This document shows positions 63,612 to 64,000 of a DNA stretch of 64,000 nucleotides, piece after piece. Origin of the DNA: an uncultured Gemmatimonadales bacterium (GTDB taxonomy: Bacteria > Gemmatimonadota > Gemmatimonadetes > Gemmatimonadales > GWC2-71-9); assembly GCA_963828735.1 (NCBI GenBank), contig CAWHFW010000005.1, positions 736,001-800,000 on the forward strand. The letters are read 5' to 3'. Below the pieces are notes generated by a model. The model was given only the letters and a program-made list of their open reading frames with translations, was not told the origin of the DNA and did not search any database. The position numbers and the translations under genes are program-made. Positions within the stretch are counted from its first letter, which is position 1. The number at the start of each line of letters is the position of its first letter.

Positions 63612-64000
63612 GCGAGGCGAGCTCGCCCGCAACGCGGTAGGCGACCTCCATCACCTCGAGGTGGTGGAGCTTCTGCGGCGTCACGCCGGCCGCCGGGTTG
63701 GTGATCGCGGAGAAGCCGAGACAGCGCATGCCCGCCGCCCGCGCGGCGATCACCTCGATGACCGTGGACATCCCCACCGCGTCCGCGCCCAGACGCTCCA
63801 GCATGCGGATCTCGGCCGGGGTCTCGTAGCTCGGCCCCAGGAGTCCCACGTACACGCCTTCCGCGAGCGCGATCCGGTTCGTCCGGGCTACCTCCCGCGC
63901 GAGCGCGCGGAGCGCCGGGTCGTATGGGTCCGACATGTCGGGGAACCGCGTCTCGCCCGGCAGCGACGGGCCGAACAGCCCGTTCCGGAAGCTCAGGTTG
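63583..64000 (-). CDS. punA: Purine nucleoside phosphorylase (5' end outside the window)
   Basis: RFPDMSDPYD, GPSYETPAE, GADAVGMST, ITN. Confidence 0.93.
   Translation of the reverse strand, partial: NLSFRNGLFGPSLPGETRFPDMSDPYDPALRALAREVARTNRIALAEGVYVGLLGPSYETPAEIRMLERLGADAVGMSTVIEVIAARAAGMRCLGFSAITNPAAGVTPQKLHHLEVMEVAYRVAGELASLIEGVVAAL

Noticed and set aside
60018..63632. 639-aa and 539-aa ORFs as fusion proteins
   Set aside because: The N-terminal extensions overlap pilD and thiD in other frames; the real genes start near 61232 and 62801

Overview
GC-rich bacterial window. The gene content and the expanded family of Hanks kinase-TM-TPR receptors are most consistent with Gemmatimonadota (inference). 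Core blocks: ffh-rpsP-rimM-trmD-rplS-rnhB, an M1 aminopeptidase, a four-gene minor-pilin operon, pilD, a TrmH methylase, thiD, punA and bioD. Three accessory blocks interrupt them. (1) 1-18 kb, downstream of tRNA-Lys(TTT), is a shuffled signalling island. It holds a Ser/Thr kinase fused in frame to a NarL-type response regulator, a propeller histidine kinase, a phosphorelay operon, three copies of a promoter carrying TACGACTTT boxes, duplicated unannotated small proteins (34 aa and 55 aa), and a secreted kelch-propeller/tyrosinase fusion between two outer-membrane barrels. (2) 18.2-23.3 kb is a degenerate tyrosine-integrase element that duplicated the 5' half of the tRNA rather than the usual 3' end. 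(3) 38-57 kb is a kinase-receptor array with deletion scars, a SARP/BTAD activator, and a TonB-dependent receptor plus a giant secreted protein. Many accessory genes carry single-base frameshifts. These may be long-read assembly errors or real decay, and the sequence alone cannot separate the two. I saw no CRISPR array, rRNA or reverse transcriptase. All assignments come from motif recognition by eye; no searches were run.
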